From: Nitrosarchaeum sp.
GTDB lineage: Archaea; Thermoproteota; Nitrososphaeria; Nitrososphaerales; Nitrosopumilaceae
Assembly: GCA_965223865.1 (NCBI GenBank)
Contig: OZ245020.1
Coordinates: 864,001-928,000, forward strand
DNA: 64,000 nucleotides
Direction of reading: 5' to 3'
This document shows positions 40,727 to 50,524 of this stretch, piece by piece. Numbering within the stretch: the first letter of the stretch is position 1; each line of letters begins with the position of its first letter. A model generated the notes under the pieces. It ran no database searches. It was given only the letters and a program-made list of their open reading frames with translations, and was not told the DNA's origin. A program made the translations under genes and the position numbers.

Positions 40727-43228
40727 TTGACTGTTCCAAGAGTTAGCTCTGCATTAAAAGCCGTAGACATCAAACAGCAGCCACCCCCCCTAATCATTGG
40801 AGAGAGAATCAACACACAGGGCTCAAGAAAAGCAAAACAATTGGTACTAAATGATGATTATGATGGATTAGTTGACTTGGGGCGAACTCAGGTTGAAGAC
40901 GGGGCACACTGCCTAGATGTATGTGTAGCTACAACTGAACGCTCAGACGAAAAAAAATTCATGTTAAACCTTGTAAAAAGACTCAGTCTGGAAATTGACG
41001 CACCTTTAGTAATTGACTCTACTGATCCTGACGTGATTGATGCAGCTGTTAGACAAATTCCTGGAAAACCGATAATCAACTCTATTAATCTTGAAGGTGA
41101 TGGAAGCAGATTTGAAAAACTTGCACCTGTCATGGCAAAGTATGGCCTTCCTGCAATTGCCTTGTGTATTGGACCAAAAGGAATGGCCAAGACTCCACAA
41201 GAAAAACTAGATACAGCAGAATTGCTCTATGAGACTGGAAAAAAATATGGTCTAAAGATTGAGCAATTTATTTTTGATGTTTTGACATTTACCCTTGCAA
41301 CAGGAGAAGATGAATTTCTTGATGCTGGAAAAAACACTCTGGAAGGAATCAGACTGGTAAAAGAAAAATTTCCAAACTCTTTTACAACTTTGGGACTGAG
41401 CAACATAAGTTTTGGCCTTGTCCCTTATGCAAGAAAGATCCTAAACTCTGTTTTTTTGTATCATGCAGTAAAATCAGGACTGGATACTGCAATAGTTAAT
41501 GCAAAAGAAATTATCCCATATGGGGAGATTGATGAAAAAGAAAAAAAACTTTCCGAAGACCTCATCTTTAATGTTCACTCCAATGCATTATCAGAACTGA
41601 TCTCTTATTTTGAAAAAGCAGGCCTTCAAAGTGTCAATTCTGCAAAAAAAGTAGATGTGGACCCGTCATGGACTGCTGGCAAACGTGCGTACTTTAGAAT
41701 AGTAAACAGGCTCAAAGACGGAATCACAAACGATGTAGTATGTGCAATTGCTGATAAAACTGGCAATAAAGAAATAATTGCAGACAATGATGGGGTATTG
41801 TCACTAGATGCACCACCAGAAATTACTCATGATGCTGCCATAAAAACACTAAATGAAAATTTGCTTCCTGCAATGAAAGAAGTAGGTGACAAGTTTGGTT
41901 CAGGAGAATTGATCCTTCCATTTGTTCTTAAATCGGCTGAATGCATGAAAGCTGCAGTAGGAGAGCTAGAAAAATATCTGATAAAAGAAGAAGGCTCTAG
42001 CAAAGGTAAACTTGTTCTTGGAACCGTTTACGGTGATGTTCATGATATTGGAAAGAATTTGGTAAAAACCATATTCCAAAATAACGGATATGCCGTATAT
42101 GACTTGGGAAAGCAAGTTCCCCTACAAAAATTCTTAGAAAAAATTGATGAGGTAAATCCTGATGCAATTGGTCTTTCTGCATTACTTGTATCGACATCAA
42201 AACAAATGCAGTTTTTTGTAGAGCATGCCAGAAAAAATAACATGAGTATTCCAATTTTGTGTGGTGGTGCTGCAATTAACAGCAATTACATAAACCGAAT
42301 AGCAAAACAAGATGGTATTTACGAACCTGGTGTATTTTATTGCAACACAATGTTTGAGGGATTAAAGACAATGGATGCTTTGGTTTCAGATGAAAAACCA
42401 AAACTATTGTCTGAATGGAGAACAAAATTAGAAAATTGGAAAGAAAAAAATGCACCTGTAGTTGATACTGCCAATCTTCCAAAAAGTGAAATCAAACCTG
42501 TTACTCCCCCCATACCTCCAGTAATTGGTGAGCCGATTCGACTAAAGGAAGGACAAATCAATATGGATGAAGTGTGGGGATTGATTGACAAAAAATCCCT
42601 ATTCAAATTATCATGGGGTCTAAGAGGCAAGGCAGGCTCTGAATCAGAGGCAGATCATGAAACTTTGCTTAATGAATGGAAAATTAGGATAATAAAAGAG
42701 AAACTCTTTGAGCCTGAAATTGTCTATGGATATTTTAGATGTCACAACAAAAATGGCAAACTAGTAGTTGAAGGCCAAACAGATGAGACGATAGAATTTG
42801 ATTTTCCGCGTTCCACAAAAACTCCTCATCTTTGCCTGACAGATTATTTTGGAGATGATGATGTAGTTGCATTTCAATCAGTTACGGTAGGAAGTAAGGT
42901 TGCAGAAATTATTGAAAACTGGAATAAAGAAGACAAGTATACTGATGCATATTATTTGCATGGACTAGCCGTAGAAGTTGCAGAAGCCCTAGCAAGTTGG
43001 ACTAACCAAAAAATAAAATCTGAATTAAAAATAGGTGATAAAGGTGGTTTGAGATACAGTTGGGGATTTCCTAGCTGCCCTGATGTTGCACAACATCATC
43101 TAGTTTGGAAACTGTTGGAACCCGAAAAATCTGGAATGACACTAACTGAATCAGGACAAATAATTCCAGAGCAATCAACTGCTGCAATTGTTATTCATCA
43201 TCCAGAAACCAAGTATTTTGTTCTCTAA
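40727..43228 (+). CDS. metH: Methionine synthase, pterin-, B12-binding and activation modules (split MetH, C-part)
   Basis: IGERIN, GLSNISFG, GDVHDIGKN, SALL, RYSWGFPSCPD. Confidence 0.92.
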   Translation: MTVPRVSSALKAVDIKQQPPPLIIGERINTQGSRKAKQLVLNDDYDGLVDLGRTQVEDGAHCLDVCVATTERSDEKKFMLNLVKRLSLEIDAPLVIDSTDPDVIDAAVRQIPGKPIINSINLEGDGSRFEKLAPVMAKYGLPAIALCIGPKGMAKTPQEKLDTAELLYETGKKYGLKIEQFIFDVLTFTLATGEDEFLDAGKNTLEGIRLVKEKFPNSFTTLGLSNISFGLVPYARKILNSVFLYHAVKSGLDTAIVNAKEIIPYGEIDEKEKKLSEDLIFNVHSNALSELISYFEKAGLQSVNSAKKVDVDPSWTAGKRAYFRIVNRLKDGITNDVVCAIADKTGNKEIIADNDGVLSLDAPPEITHDAAIKTLNENLLPAMKEVGDKFGSGELILPFVLKSAECMKAAVGELEKYLIKEEGSSKGKLVLGTVYGDVHDIGKNLVKTIFQNNGYAVYDLGKQVPLQKFLEKIDEVNPDAIGLSALLVSTSKQMQFFVEHARKNNMSIPILCGGAAINSNYINRIAKQDGIYEPGVFYCNTMFEGLKTMDALVSDEKPKLLSEWRTKLENWKEKNAPVVDTANLPKSEIKPVTPPIPPVIGEPIRLKEGQINMDEVWGLIDKKSLFKLSWGLRGKAGSESEADHETLLNEWKIRIIKEKLFEPEIVYGYFRCHNKNGKLVVEGQTDETIEFDFPRSTKTPHLCLTDYFGDDDVVAFQSVTVGSKVAEIIENWNKEDKYTDAYYLHGLAVEVAEALASWTNQKIKSELKIGDKGGLRYSWGFPSCPDVAQHHLVWKLLEPEKSGMTLTESGQIIPEQSTAAIVIHHPETKYFVL

Positions 43229-43977
43229 AGTTGCTTCATTGTTTCTTTTGCAAAGGCAAAATCACTTGGAGATGTGATTAGAACATCACCTGCTATTTTG
43301 TGGATTTCTTTGATAAAATTTGCAGGATCTTTTTTGTATTCTGACCAATCAAGCTCCAAAAATTTTGCAGAATTCTCATTTTTTTCAGAAGGCAACAAAA
43401 TACACGGAATAACTCGGAAACTCTGCGGTCTCAATTTTTCAGAAATTCTTCGTACTTGTTGTTCTGAATGAATTACTTGTGTCATAAAGCCTGCAGGATG
43501 TGCTCCAATTTTTTTTTGAATTTTTTCAAAGTTTGGATTACTGGGTAGAGATAGAAAAAAATCTGTCTTTCCTGCAAAATCTGATTCATTTAATTGCTTT
43601 ACTACTTGACTAGGAATCAATCCTGAATCGTATGGTTTATCTTTTGAAGGATCTCCCTTCAGTACAAGAATTCCATCCAAACCCATCTCAATTGATCTTT
43701 TGACTGTATCTTTAATTTCACTCATGTTTCTATCCCTTACCCGCATACTGATAGTTATTTTCAAATGAGGGTGATTCTTCTTGAGAATTTTTCCTGCAAT
43801 CAATGCAGAAACTCTTCTAGTTCCTAAAACCGAATCAGTAATGTGAATTCCATCACATAATGAATTAATGTCTGAGACTCTTTTTTCCAAATTTTCCAAT
43901 AATGTTTTGACTTTATCACTTGATTCGTCCTCTCCATCAGGAATCTTTGGCGGATTTATCTCATAGATTACAGTCAT
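43225..43977 (-). CDS. metF: Methylenetetrahydrofolate reductase family protein
   Basis: YEINPPK, ITDS, RVRDRN, LKGDP, FMTQ; adjacent to metH. Confidence 0.8.
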   Translation of the reverse strand: MTVIYEINPPKIPDGEDESSDKVKTLLENLEKRVSDINSLCDGIHITDSVLGTRRVSALIAGKILKKNHPHLKITISMRVRDRNMSEIKDTVKRSIEMGLDGILVLKGDPSKDKPYDSGLIPSQVVKQLNESDFAGKTDFFLSLPSNPNFEKIQKKIGAHPAGFMTQVIHSEQQVRRISEKLRPQSFRVIPCILLPSEKNENSAKFLELDWSEYKKDPANFIKEIHKIAGDVLITSPSDFAFAKETMKQL

Positions 43978-44053
43978 AATGAATTTCCAAATTTACTTGG
44001 TTAAAACCTTTGAATGATTAAATTCAATAACAATAATTTAATTTACCATATTA

Positions 44054-44623
44054 TTGATTTTGGAAAAAATAAAATCAGTACTTACTACTCCTTTGGACCC
44101 TTTACCAAGAGTTGATGAAAACAACAGAATTGCATCTGTATTGATTTTGATTTATGGTGGTGACCCAAAAATTTTAATGACAAAAAAATCACACATACTA
44201 AAACTTCATGCAGGAGAAATTGCCTTTCCGGGAGGAAAACATGATCCTGAAGACAAGGACTTGCTTGAAACAGCATTAAGAGAAGCAAGAGAAGAGATCA
44301 ACTTGAGTATCAGAGATGAACACGTAATTGGACAGTTAAATCCTGTAACCACTTTAAACTCAAAATTTACTATTTATCCATTTATTGCAGTTGTAAATTT
44401 ATTGCCAAGACTCAAAGATAATTTGGAAGTTGAAACTATTTTGAATATTCCACTTTTTCCTTTATTAAAAACAATGTCGAATGATATAGATCCTGCACAT
44501 AGGTTAATCGAGGAGATGTATACTTTTACTTTCCAGGATCATCTAATCTGGGGCGCTTCAGCTAGAATGTTAAAACAGATTTATGATATTTTTTCAAAAA
44601 ACAATTTTTTAGAAACTAAATGA
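44054..44623 (+). CDS. Nudix hydrolase, CoA pyrophosphatase family
   Basis: HAGEIAFPGG...ALREAREE; IWGASA. Confidence 0.9.
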   Translation: MILEKIKSVLTTPLDPLPRVDENNRIASVLILIYGGDPKILMTKKSHILKLHAGEIAFPGGKHDPEDKDLLETALREAREEINLSIRDEHVIGQLNPVTTLNSKFTIYPFIAVVNLLPRLKDNLEVETILNIPLFPLLKTMSNDIDPAHRLIEEMYTFTFQDHLIWGASARMLKQIYDIFSKNNFLETK

Positions 44624-44685
44624 TGGCTATAGATGACTTATTTAATGAGATTCATTTAAAAAGAGCTCTTCGTGCCTGAAACCTA

Positions 44686-44844
44686 ATGGCTGCACGTAAG
44701 TCGTCTCCAAGAAAAATCCGTTTGCTAAAGAAGACAAAACAAGCTTCTCCAGTACCGGCATGGATTATTCTCAAGACAAAGAGATCAGTTAGAACAAATC
44801 CAAAACGTAGAGCTTGGAGATCAACGGATGTGGAGGTCGGATAA
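44686..44844 (+). CDS. rpl39e: 50S ribosomal protein L39e
   Basis: Hand-translated MAARKSSPRKIRLLKKTKQASPVPAWIILKTKRSVRTNPKRRAWRSTDVEVG. Confidence 0.95.
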   Translation: MAARKSSPRKIRLLKKTKQASPVPAWIILKTKRSVRTNPKRRAWRSTDVEVG

Positions 44845-45264
44845 ATGTCCCAGGATTTAGAAAGAGTTTATACTATCAATTTGGGCAAAGCATTGCTTTC
44901 ACAAAGCCAACACAGAGCAGTTAGGGCAATCAATATGATTAAAGAATTTGCTCGTCATCATATGAAAGTTGAAGACATAAAAATTGAAGAAGACCTTGCT
45001 CACCAAATTTGGTCAAAGGGAGTTCGAAGTCCTCCAAGAAAAGTCAGGGTTCGAATGAGTAAGACTGACGAAGGTTATGTTCTCGTATCCCCATATGAAG
45101 AAGAAATTGAAACTAAAGAACCACCCAAAGTAGAAGAACCACCTAAAGAACCACCCAAAGTAGAAGAACCACCTAAAGAACCACCCAAAGTAGAAGAACC
45201 ACCCAAAGTAGAAGAACCACCCAAAGAATCTTCAAAGAAAGAAACCAAACAAGATTCTAATTAA
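44845..45264 (+). CDS. rpl31e: 50S ribosomal protein L31e with P/E/V/K-rich C-terminal extension
   Basis: ERVYTINL, RAVRAI, IWSKG...PPRKVRV. Confidence 0.95.
   Translation: MSQDLERVYTINLGKALLSQSQHRAVRAINMIKEFARHHMKVEDIKIEEDLAHQIWSKGVRSPPRKVRVRMSKTDEGYVLVSPYEEEIETKEPPKVEEPPKEPPKVEEPPKEPPKVEEPPKVEEPPKESSKKETKQDSN
45115..45228 (+). repeat. Coding tandem repeats (30-nt and 18-nt units: PPKVEEPPKE / PPKVEE) in the eL31 tail
   Basis: ccacccaaagtagaagaa repeated four times, with ccacctaaagaa spacers. Confidence 0.9.
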
Positions 45265-45314
45265 TCAAGAAAACAAAATTATTTCAACAATCAGTTTGCT
45301 ATTCTAAATGATTT

Positions 45315-46583
45315 CTATATCACTATGATTTTTCGTTTGATCAAATTCTCAAGTGAATTTAGAAAATCATCATCTGAAATTTTATCTTCAGCCCACCATC
45401 CAGCAGTTATCTTAATCCATGAAGGAATCTTCCAGTTAGATTCTGCAGTAACTCCTTTCAGAGGAGCTGATATGATCTCTTTTTCAAGTAAAAACTCCAC
45501 TCCTTCTAAAAATTCAGAATCTGATATTTGCTCTGTAGACCACCATTCTGAATTTGTTTTAACCCATTGGGGAACTTTGGGCATTTCTGGAGGCAATCCT
45601 TTCTCAAATCCCGTTATTTTTAGTACTCCTTGAGAGGTTGGGCCTACAGTGAATGCAACATGCCAAAATCCCATATCGTCTATGCTCTGAATAAATTCTA
45701 TTGGCTCATCATTTAGAGTTACATCAAATTTCTCTTCTCCTGAAATTGGGGGAAACTCAAAGTTTGCGTAAGTTTCTAATGGATAACTGTTGTATCCTCT
45801 TATGGTAAGCTCAGTTCCTTCTTCATTGAATTTTGCTGCAGAGTACCATGCACCAGAATCATATCTAAAATCAAAGTCACCCTCATTCTTCTTTGTGGTA
45901 ATTGGAATCACAGTAGTGTCAACTGGCGCAAAACAGCTATAGTAAAACACATCTTCAGTAATAGATGGGTCAGGATACATTGAAAATTCTCTAATTTCCC
46001 CAGGCTCTATTTTTTCAATGAATTCAATATTTTGAGCTATGTCAAGAACTCTTTCATATCCGTGAACTACTGCATAAATTTTCGGATAGTATACTGTCTC
46101 ATCTCCAGTATTTTGAATTCTTCCTGTAATGTGGCCATCCTTGTGTTTTACCAAAGTTTTGTCGTAGATGACTTCAATCGGGATTGAATTCTTTATTGTT
46201 TTCTCAAATTCCAGTTCTGGAGGCATTAGAATGGGAATATTGCCCACAACCTCTGGAAATTTGACCTTAAATGGAATTTCTTTTCCTGAACTCAATGGAA
46301 CATGTTCAATTGTTTTTGAGAGCAGCTCCGAATTATCCTTTACAGAAACAGTGATGACAGGAATAACCGAAAAGTCATTTTGGTTTTTTACGTTTCCAAC
46401 TACAGTGTAGATTCCATTTGAATCAAAGTATCCTAGATACTCATCATCTGGAATAATAATTTCGGCAAATGCTATTTGGGGAACAACTAACACTCCAAAA
46501 AGGACTAGGGTTAATGCAAAGTATTCTGATTTTATCCCATTACAAATTGCCAAAGCCCTAAAGCTTGTTTTAAAAAGTTTCAT
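45315..46583 (-). CDS. Secreted/surface protein with two C-terminal thaumarchaeal (V/I)PxW(V/I)K...WW domains
   Basis: Signal peptide ending AFA; VPQWVKTNSEWW...ISDSEF and IPSWIKITAGWW...ISDDDF. Confidence 0.7.
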   Translation of the reverse strand: MKLFKTSFRALAICNGIKSEYFALTLVLFGVLVVPQIAFAEIIIPDDEYLGYFDSNGIYTVVGNVKNQNDFSVIPVITVSVKDNSELLSKTIEHVPLSSGKEIPFKVKFPEVVGNIPILMPPELEFEKTIKNSIPIEVIYDKTLVKHKDGHITGRIQNTGDETVYYPKIYAVVHGYERVLDIAQNIEFIEKIEPGEIREFSMYPDPSITEDVFYYSCFAPVDTTVIPITTKKNEGDFDFRYDSGAWYSAAKFNEEGTELTIRGYNSYPLETYANFEFPPISGEEKFDVTLNDEPIEFIQSIDDMGFWHVAFTVGPTSQGVLKITGFEKGLPPEMPKVPQWVKTNSEWWSTEQISDSEFLEGVEFLLEKEIISAPLKGVTAESNWKIPSWIKITAGWWAEDKISDDDFLNSLENLIKRKIIVI

Positions 46584-46756
46584 CTGTTATTACTTCCAAT
46601 TAATTGTACTTTTGTTGCTTTTCCTTAATATAATATATCTATAAAACTAGAGTTGATTTTTAGAAATAATAAAAAAGTATCTAATTATTGTGAATTGATT
46701 ATTTTGTAACTGAGAATATTGCAAAAATGCCTTTTTTTGTTAATTTGTTTCTGTAC

Positions 46757-47707
46757 TTATTCTAATTGATACAAATCAATCTTGCAGTCAATACTGCAAT
46801 CAGGATGTGACCAATCAAGTGTGTCTTCTTGTGGAATTATTCCAAGAGGATCATAGTTTTCAAATTTTGTCATTCCTTGAATAGATGATAACATAACAAC
46901 TTTAGATTCATCTGACGCCCCAGCTGATATGTCAATTTGTGATTCTTCATTTAAAATATCGCTTGTCAGATTTGTAATTGAATTTAATATTCCAACTGGA
47001 ATGTTGTCTCCTCCCACCACATAAAGTATTGAACGCTTTACAGAGTTCGAAGGAGCATTATTGTAAAGCATTTTCAGTGAATCTCTAAGCGATTCCTCGA
47101 TATCTTGACCTTCTTTGCTTGTTGTTAGAATACTGGTCTCTGATATAATTTCTGATGATCCTAAGGATTTCACAACGTGCATGATGGCATTGTTTGCTAT
47201 TTCGTAACACTGTTTTGGATTCAAATCTGGATTGCTCTCTAGCATGGAGTCATTATCTAACACAATAGTACAGTCTGAATCTTCTCTGATTCTTTTCAAA
47301 GCAATTCCAGAGTTGAAGATTCTGTCTTTTTCATATTTGAAAGGCATGATTGCAAATGAAATTAATCCCTTGCATGTTTCTTTGCAAATCTCTGAAATCA
47401 CTGGGGCTATTGCAGATCCTGCCTTTCCAGCCATATTTGTCATAAGAACAATTGTAGAATATCCTGAAATCTTTGATCTTATTTGGTCCGTCACCTTGTA
47501 TGTGGAGCCTCGAATTAGTTGGACAGATGGGTTAACTACTGAATCAGTTGAAACCTTGATGGATGTATAATTGGAAGGTAAATCCTTCTGATCATTGCTT
47601 ATAATTAGACAATCTGAATTTAGTATATTTCTTGCTTGAGTGGCCAATTTCAAACCCACTCCTCCTACACCTATAACCAAGATCGGTTCTTTTACTTGAA
47701 AACTCAA
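46757..47707 (-). CDS. ftsZ: Divergent thaumarchaeal FtsZ/tubulin-like protein
   Basis: VIGVGGVG, degenerate tubulin loop MAGKAGSA, IMPFKYE, VLDND. Confidence 0.82.
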   Translation of the reverse strand: MSFQVKEPILVIGVGGVGLKLATQARNILNSDCLIISNDQKDLPSNYTSIKVSTDSVVNPSVQLIRGSTYKVTDQIRSKISGYSTIVLMTNMAGKAGSAIAPVISEICKETCKGLISFAIMPFKYEKDRIFNSGIALKRIREDSDCTIVLDNDSMLESNPDLNPKQCYEIANNAIMHVVKSLGSSEIISETSILTTSKEGQDIEESLRDSLKMLYNNAPSNSVKRSILYVVGGDNIPVGILNSITNLTSDILNEESQIDISAGASDESKVVMLSSIQGMTKFENYDPLGIIPQEDTLDWSHPDCSIDCKIDLYQLE

Positions 47708-47780
47708 TTCAAGTCTTATTCTATGATTTGGATAAAAAACCTTCTTACGTTATTTTAATCAAATTTTCGATCTAAAAAAA

Positions 47781-49049
47781 TTAGCTTACGACCTCTCCAA
47801 GCAAGATGTGGGTAGATGCATCTGTAATCTCAACAATACAATTTTGTCCGATCTTGACATTCTCTCTTACAAAGACTGGTTTGTAAGCAAAGTTTCTTCC
47901 CTTGATACCTTCATCTGTTTTTTCATTGAATAGAACTTTTCCTTTCCAACCTATCCATTTTTTGTTATTCTCCAATGTTATCTTGTCAATTAAATCAAAA
48001 ACTATCTTACTTCTTCTCTTGACCTCTGAAACCTCAATCTGCTTCCATTCTGCAGCCTCAGTTCCGGGCCTTGCACTATACTTTGAGAGGTTTACTACAT
48101 CTGGCCTTGTTTCTTCAAGTAATTTTACGGTCTTTTCAAAATCCTCTTCTTTTTCTGATGGAAATCCAACTATGATGTCAGTAGAAATCGTAAAATTCGA
48201 AAATTTATCTTTGACTTTTTTTACAATTTCTCTGTACGTTTCTGAAGTGTGACCTCTCTTCATGTCGTTAAGTACTTGGTTACTACCACTTTGTACTGGA
48301 ACGTGGAGAAATTTGTAGACTTTATCATTGTTGTATGATTCAATCAAGTTTTTCTTTATTCTGGGCATGTACATGGGATTCATCATTCCAACACGTATCA
48401 TGAAATCCTGTGGTATTTCTGAGACTGCATTTATCAATGATGGCAAATCAGTTCCGATCTCAAATCCATAACAACCATTGTCTGTTGATGTCAGCCAAAC
48501 CTCTTTGCATCCTTCTCTAATTTCATTTTCCACCTGCCTTACAATATCGCCAATCCTATAGCTGCTCAAATCTCCTTTTGATAATTTGGTTTGACAGAAT
48601 GTACATTCACTCATACACCCACTTGCAATCTCTACTATCCCGACAACTGGATTTAGTCTTACTTTGGGTAATCCTACCTTTGATAGGTCAGAATCTTCAA
48701 GTGCTACAACTTTTTTCCCCTTTAATGTAGAATCAATTACCTGTAATGTTTTTCCCAATGAATTTGGGCCAAGCAAGCTGGAGTTTTTTGTAAATTTCTC
48801 CACTGTTTCTTTTTCAGCTTTTGGAAGACATCCAGCAACAATGAGTGGTTTTGTTTTTAGTGATTTGATTCTGTGTATCATCTTATTTGCAGTGGCATCT
48901 TTTACTGAACATGTAACCACAATGTTTAGATCAGACTCTGCAGAATCTTCAGCTAAAGTATGTCCTCCATTTTTGATCAGCCCTGAAATCATTTCAGAGT
49001 CTGCAAAACTAGCAGAGCATCCATATGCTTCTACGAAAATCTTTGCCAT
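47781..49049 (-). CDS. mtaB: tRNA t6A37 methylthiotransferase (e-MtaB/CDKAL1 type, radical SAM)
   Basis: YGCSAS, GCMSECTFC, RVGMMNP, TDIIVGFP, TRAM domain. Confidence 0.9.
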   Translation of the reverse strand: MAKIFVEAYGCSASFADSEMISGLIKNGGHTLAEDSAESDLNIVVTCSVKDATANKMIHRIKSLKTKPLIVAGCLPKAEKETVEKFTKNSSLLGPNSLGKTLQVIDSTLKGKKVVALEDSDLSKVGLPKVRLNPVVGIVEIASGCMSECTFCQTKLSKGDLSSYRIGDIVRQVENEIREGCKEVWLTSTDNGCYGFEIGTDLPSLINAVSEIPQDFMIRVGMMNPMYMPRIKKNLIESYNNDKVYKFLHVPVQSGSNQVLNDMKRGHTSETYREIVKKVKDKFSNFTISTDIIVGFPSEKEEDFEKTVKLLEETRPDVVNLSKYSARPGTEAAEWKQIEVSEVKRRSKIVFDLIDKITLENNKKWIGWKGKVLFNEKTDEGIKGRNFAYKPVFVRENVKIGQNCIVEITDASTHILLGEVVS

Positions 49050-49051
49050 AT

Positions 49052-50413
49052 TTATCCAAAAAGAGAATCTATTTCTTTATTACTCATCAAGTTCTTAGAA
49101 ACAACCAATTCTCTAATTGTTTTTCCAGTCTTGAGTGATTCTTTGAATAACTCTGCTGATTTTAGATAACCAATTTTTGGAGTAAGTAGGGTTACAATTA
49201 CTGGGCTGTTTTCAATATCTTTTCTCAACTTTTCTTTGTTTGCAGTCAGTCCATCAATTAGGTTTGCAGAAAATATTGGAAAGAAATTCTTTATCATGTC
49301 TGTAGACTCTAAAACACATTTTAGCATTCCAGGCAGCATTACATTTAGCTCAAATTGCCCACTCTGAGCAGCATAAGATACTGCAGTGTCATTTCCAATT
49401 ATATTAAAGCAAATCATATTCATGCATTCAGCAAGTGATGGATTTACCTTACCGGGCATAATTGAAGAACCTGCATGAACTGCTGGAATTCCTAATTCAG
49501 CCAAGCCTGCAATGGGACCTGATGCCATTAATCTGATGTCATTTGAAAGTTTTCCAACTTCAAGGGCCAAATTTCTCAAAGCCCCTGAAAGATTTACAAC
49601 TGCAAATTTACTCTGCAAACCATGTTGCATGTCTTTTTCGGGTTTTAATGGAAGCTTTGAAATCTTTGCAAGTTCTGAAATTGCAATTTTTCTGTATCCT
49701 TTAGGTGTGTTAGCACCTGAACCAACTGCAGTTCCTCCTAATGCAACATTTTGTAGTTCTTTTTGAGCTAGTAAAATTGCATTTCTTGCTTTAGAAATTG
49801 AAGTAACATAAGCTTCAAACTCACTTCCTAATGTTACTGGAAGTGCATCCATCAGATGAGTTCTTCCAATTTTTTTAAATGATGAGAATTGCTTTGCCTT
49901 CTTGGTTAGTGACTTTATCAAAATATCTATAACTGGAATTGTCTCTTTGAGGTTCATCAAAATTGCAACATGCATTGCAGTGGGATATGTATCATTGCTT
50001 GACTGAGACATGTTGACATGGTCATTTGGGTGAAGATGCTGGTATTGTCCTTTCTTTTTATGAAGTACTTCTAGTGCAACATTTGCAATTACTTCATTCG
50101 AATTCATGTTAAAGGCAGTTCCTGCACCGGAGTTTATCATGTCTACAACAAACTGATCTACATATTTTCCTGCCAAAATTTTATCACATGCAGAAACAAT
50201 TGCCTTTCCACGTTTTGTATCAATTGCCTTTGCCTTCATATTGGCAATGGCAGCAGATCGTTTTATCATTACAAAAGACTTTATGAGATTTTCATGTGCT
50301 TTATTTCCCGTTACATGGTATTGCTTGATCGCCCTACCTGTGAATGCTCCATAATATGCGCTTGAAGGAATTTTGACTTTGCCAAGTGAATCTTCATCTA
50401 ATCGAAATTTCAT
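49052..50413 (-). CDS. fumC: Class II fumarate hydratase / aspartate ammonia-lyase family
   Basis: SQSSNDTYPT, GRTHLMDA, GSSIMPGKVNP. Confidence 0.85.
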   Translation of the reverse strand: MKFRLDEDSLGKVKIPSSAYYGAFTGRAIKQYHVTGNKAHENLIKSFVMIKRSAAIANMKAKAIDTKRGKAIVSACDKILAGKYVDQFVVDMINSGAGTAFNMNSNEVIANVALEVLHKKKGQYQHLHPNDHVNMSQSSNDTYPTAMHVAILMNLKETIPVIDILIKSLTKKAKQFSSFKKIGRTHLMDALPVTLGSEFEAYVTSISKARNAILLAQKELQNVALGGTAVGSGANTPKGYRKIAISELAKISKLPLKPEKDMQHGLQSKFAVVNLSGALRNLALEVGKLSNDIRLMASGPIAGLAELGIPAVHAGSSIMPGKVNPSLAECMNMICFNIIGNDTAVSYAAQSGQFELNVMLPGMLKCVLESTDMIKNFFPIFSANLIDGLTANKEKLRKDIENSPVIVTLLTPKIGYLKSAELFKESLKTGKTIRELVVSKNLMSNKEIDSLFG

Positions 50414-50524
50414 GTCGTTTACTCTAATTTTTCCCCATTATTCATTCTTTTTCAAAAATTTTCATAAATTCATAATTCTCAGCAATGACAATTATTATAT
50501 AGGATTCACTAGTCATCGTGCTTA

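Noticed and set aside
39733-43228. metH broken by mutation
   Set aside because: The split falls at a domain boundary with a clean stop, a 31-bp spacer and all motifs intact, consistent with a natural two-gene MetH
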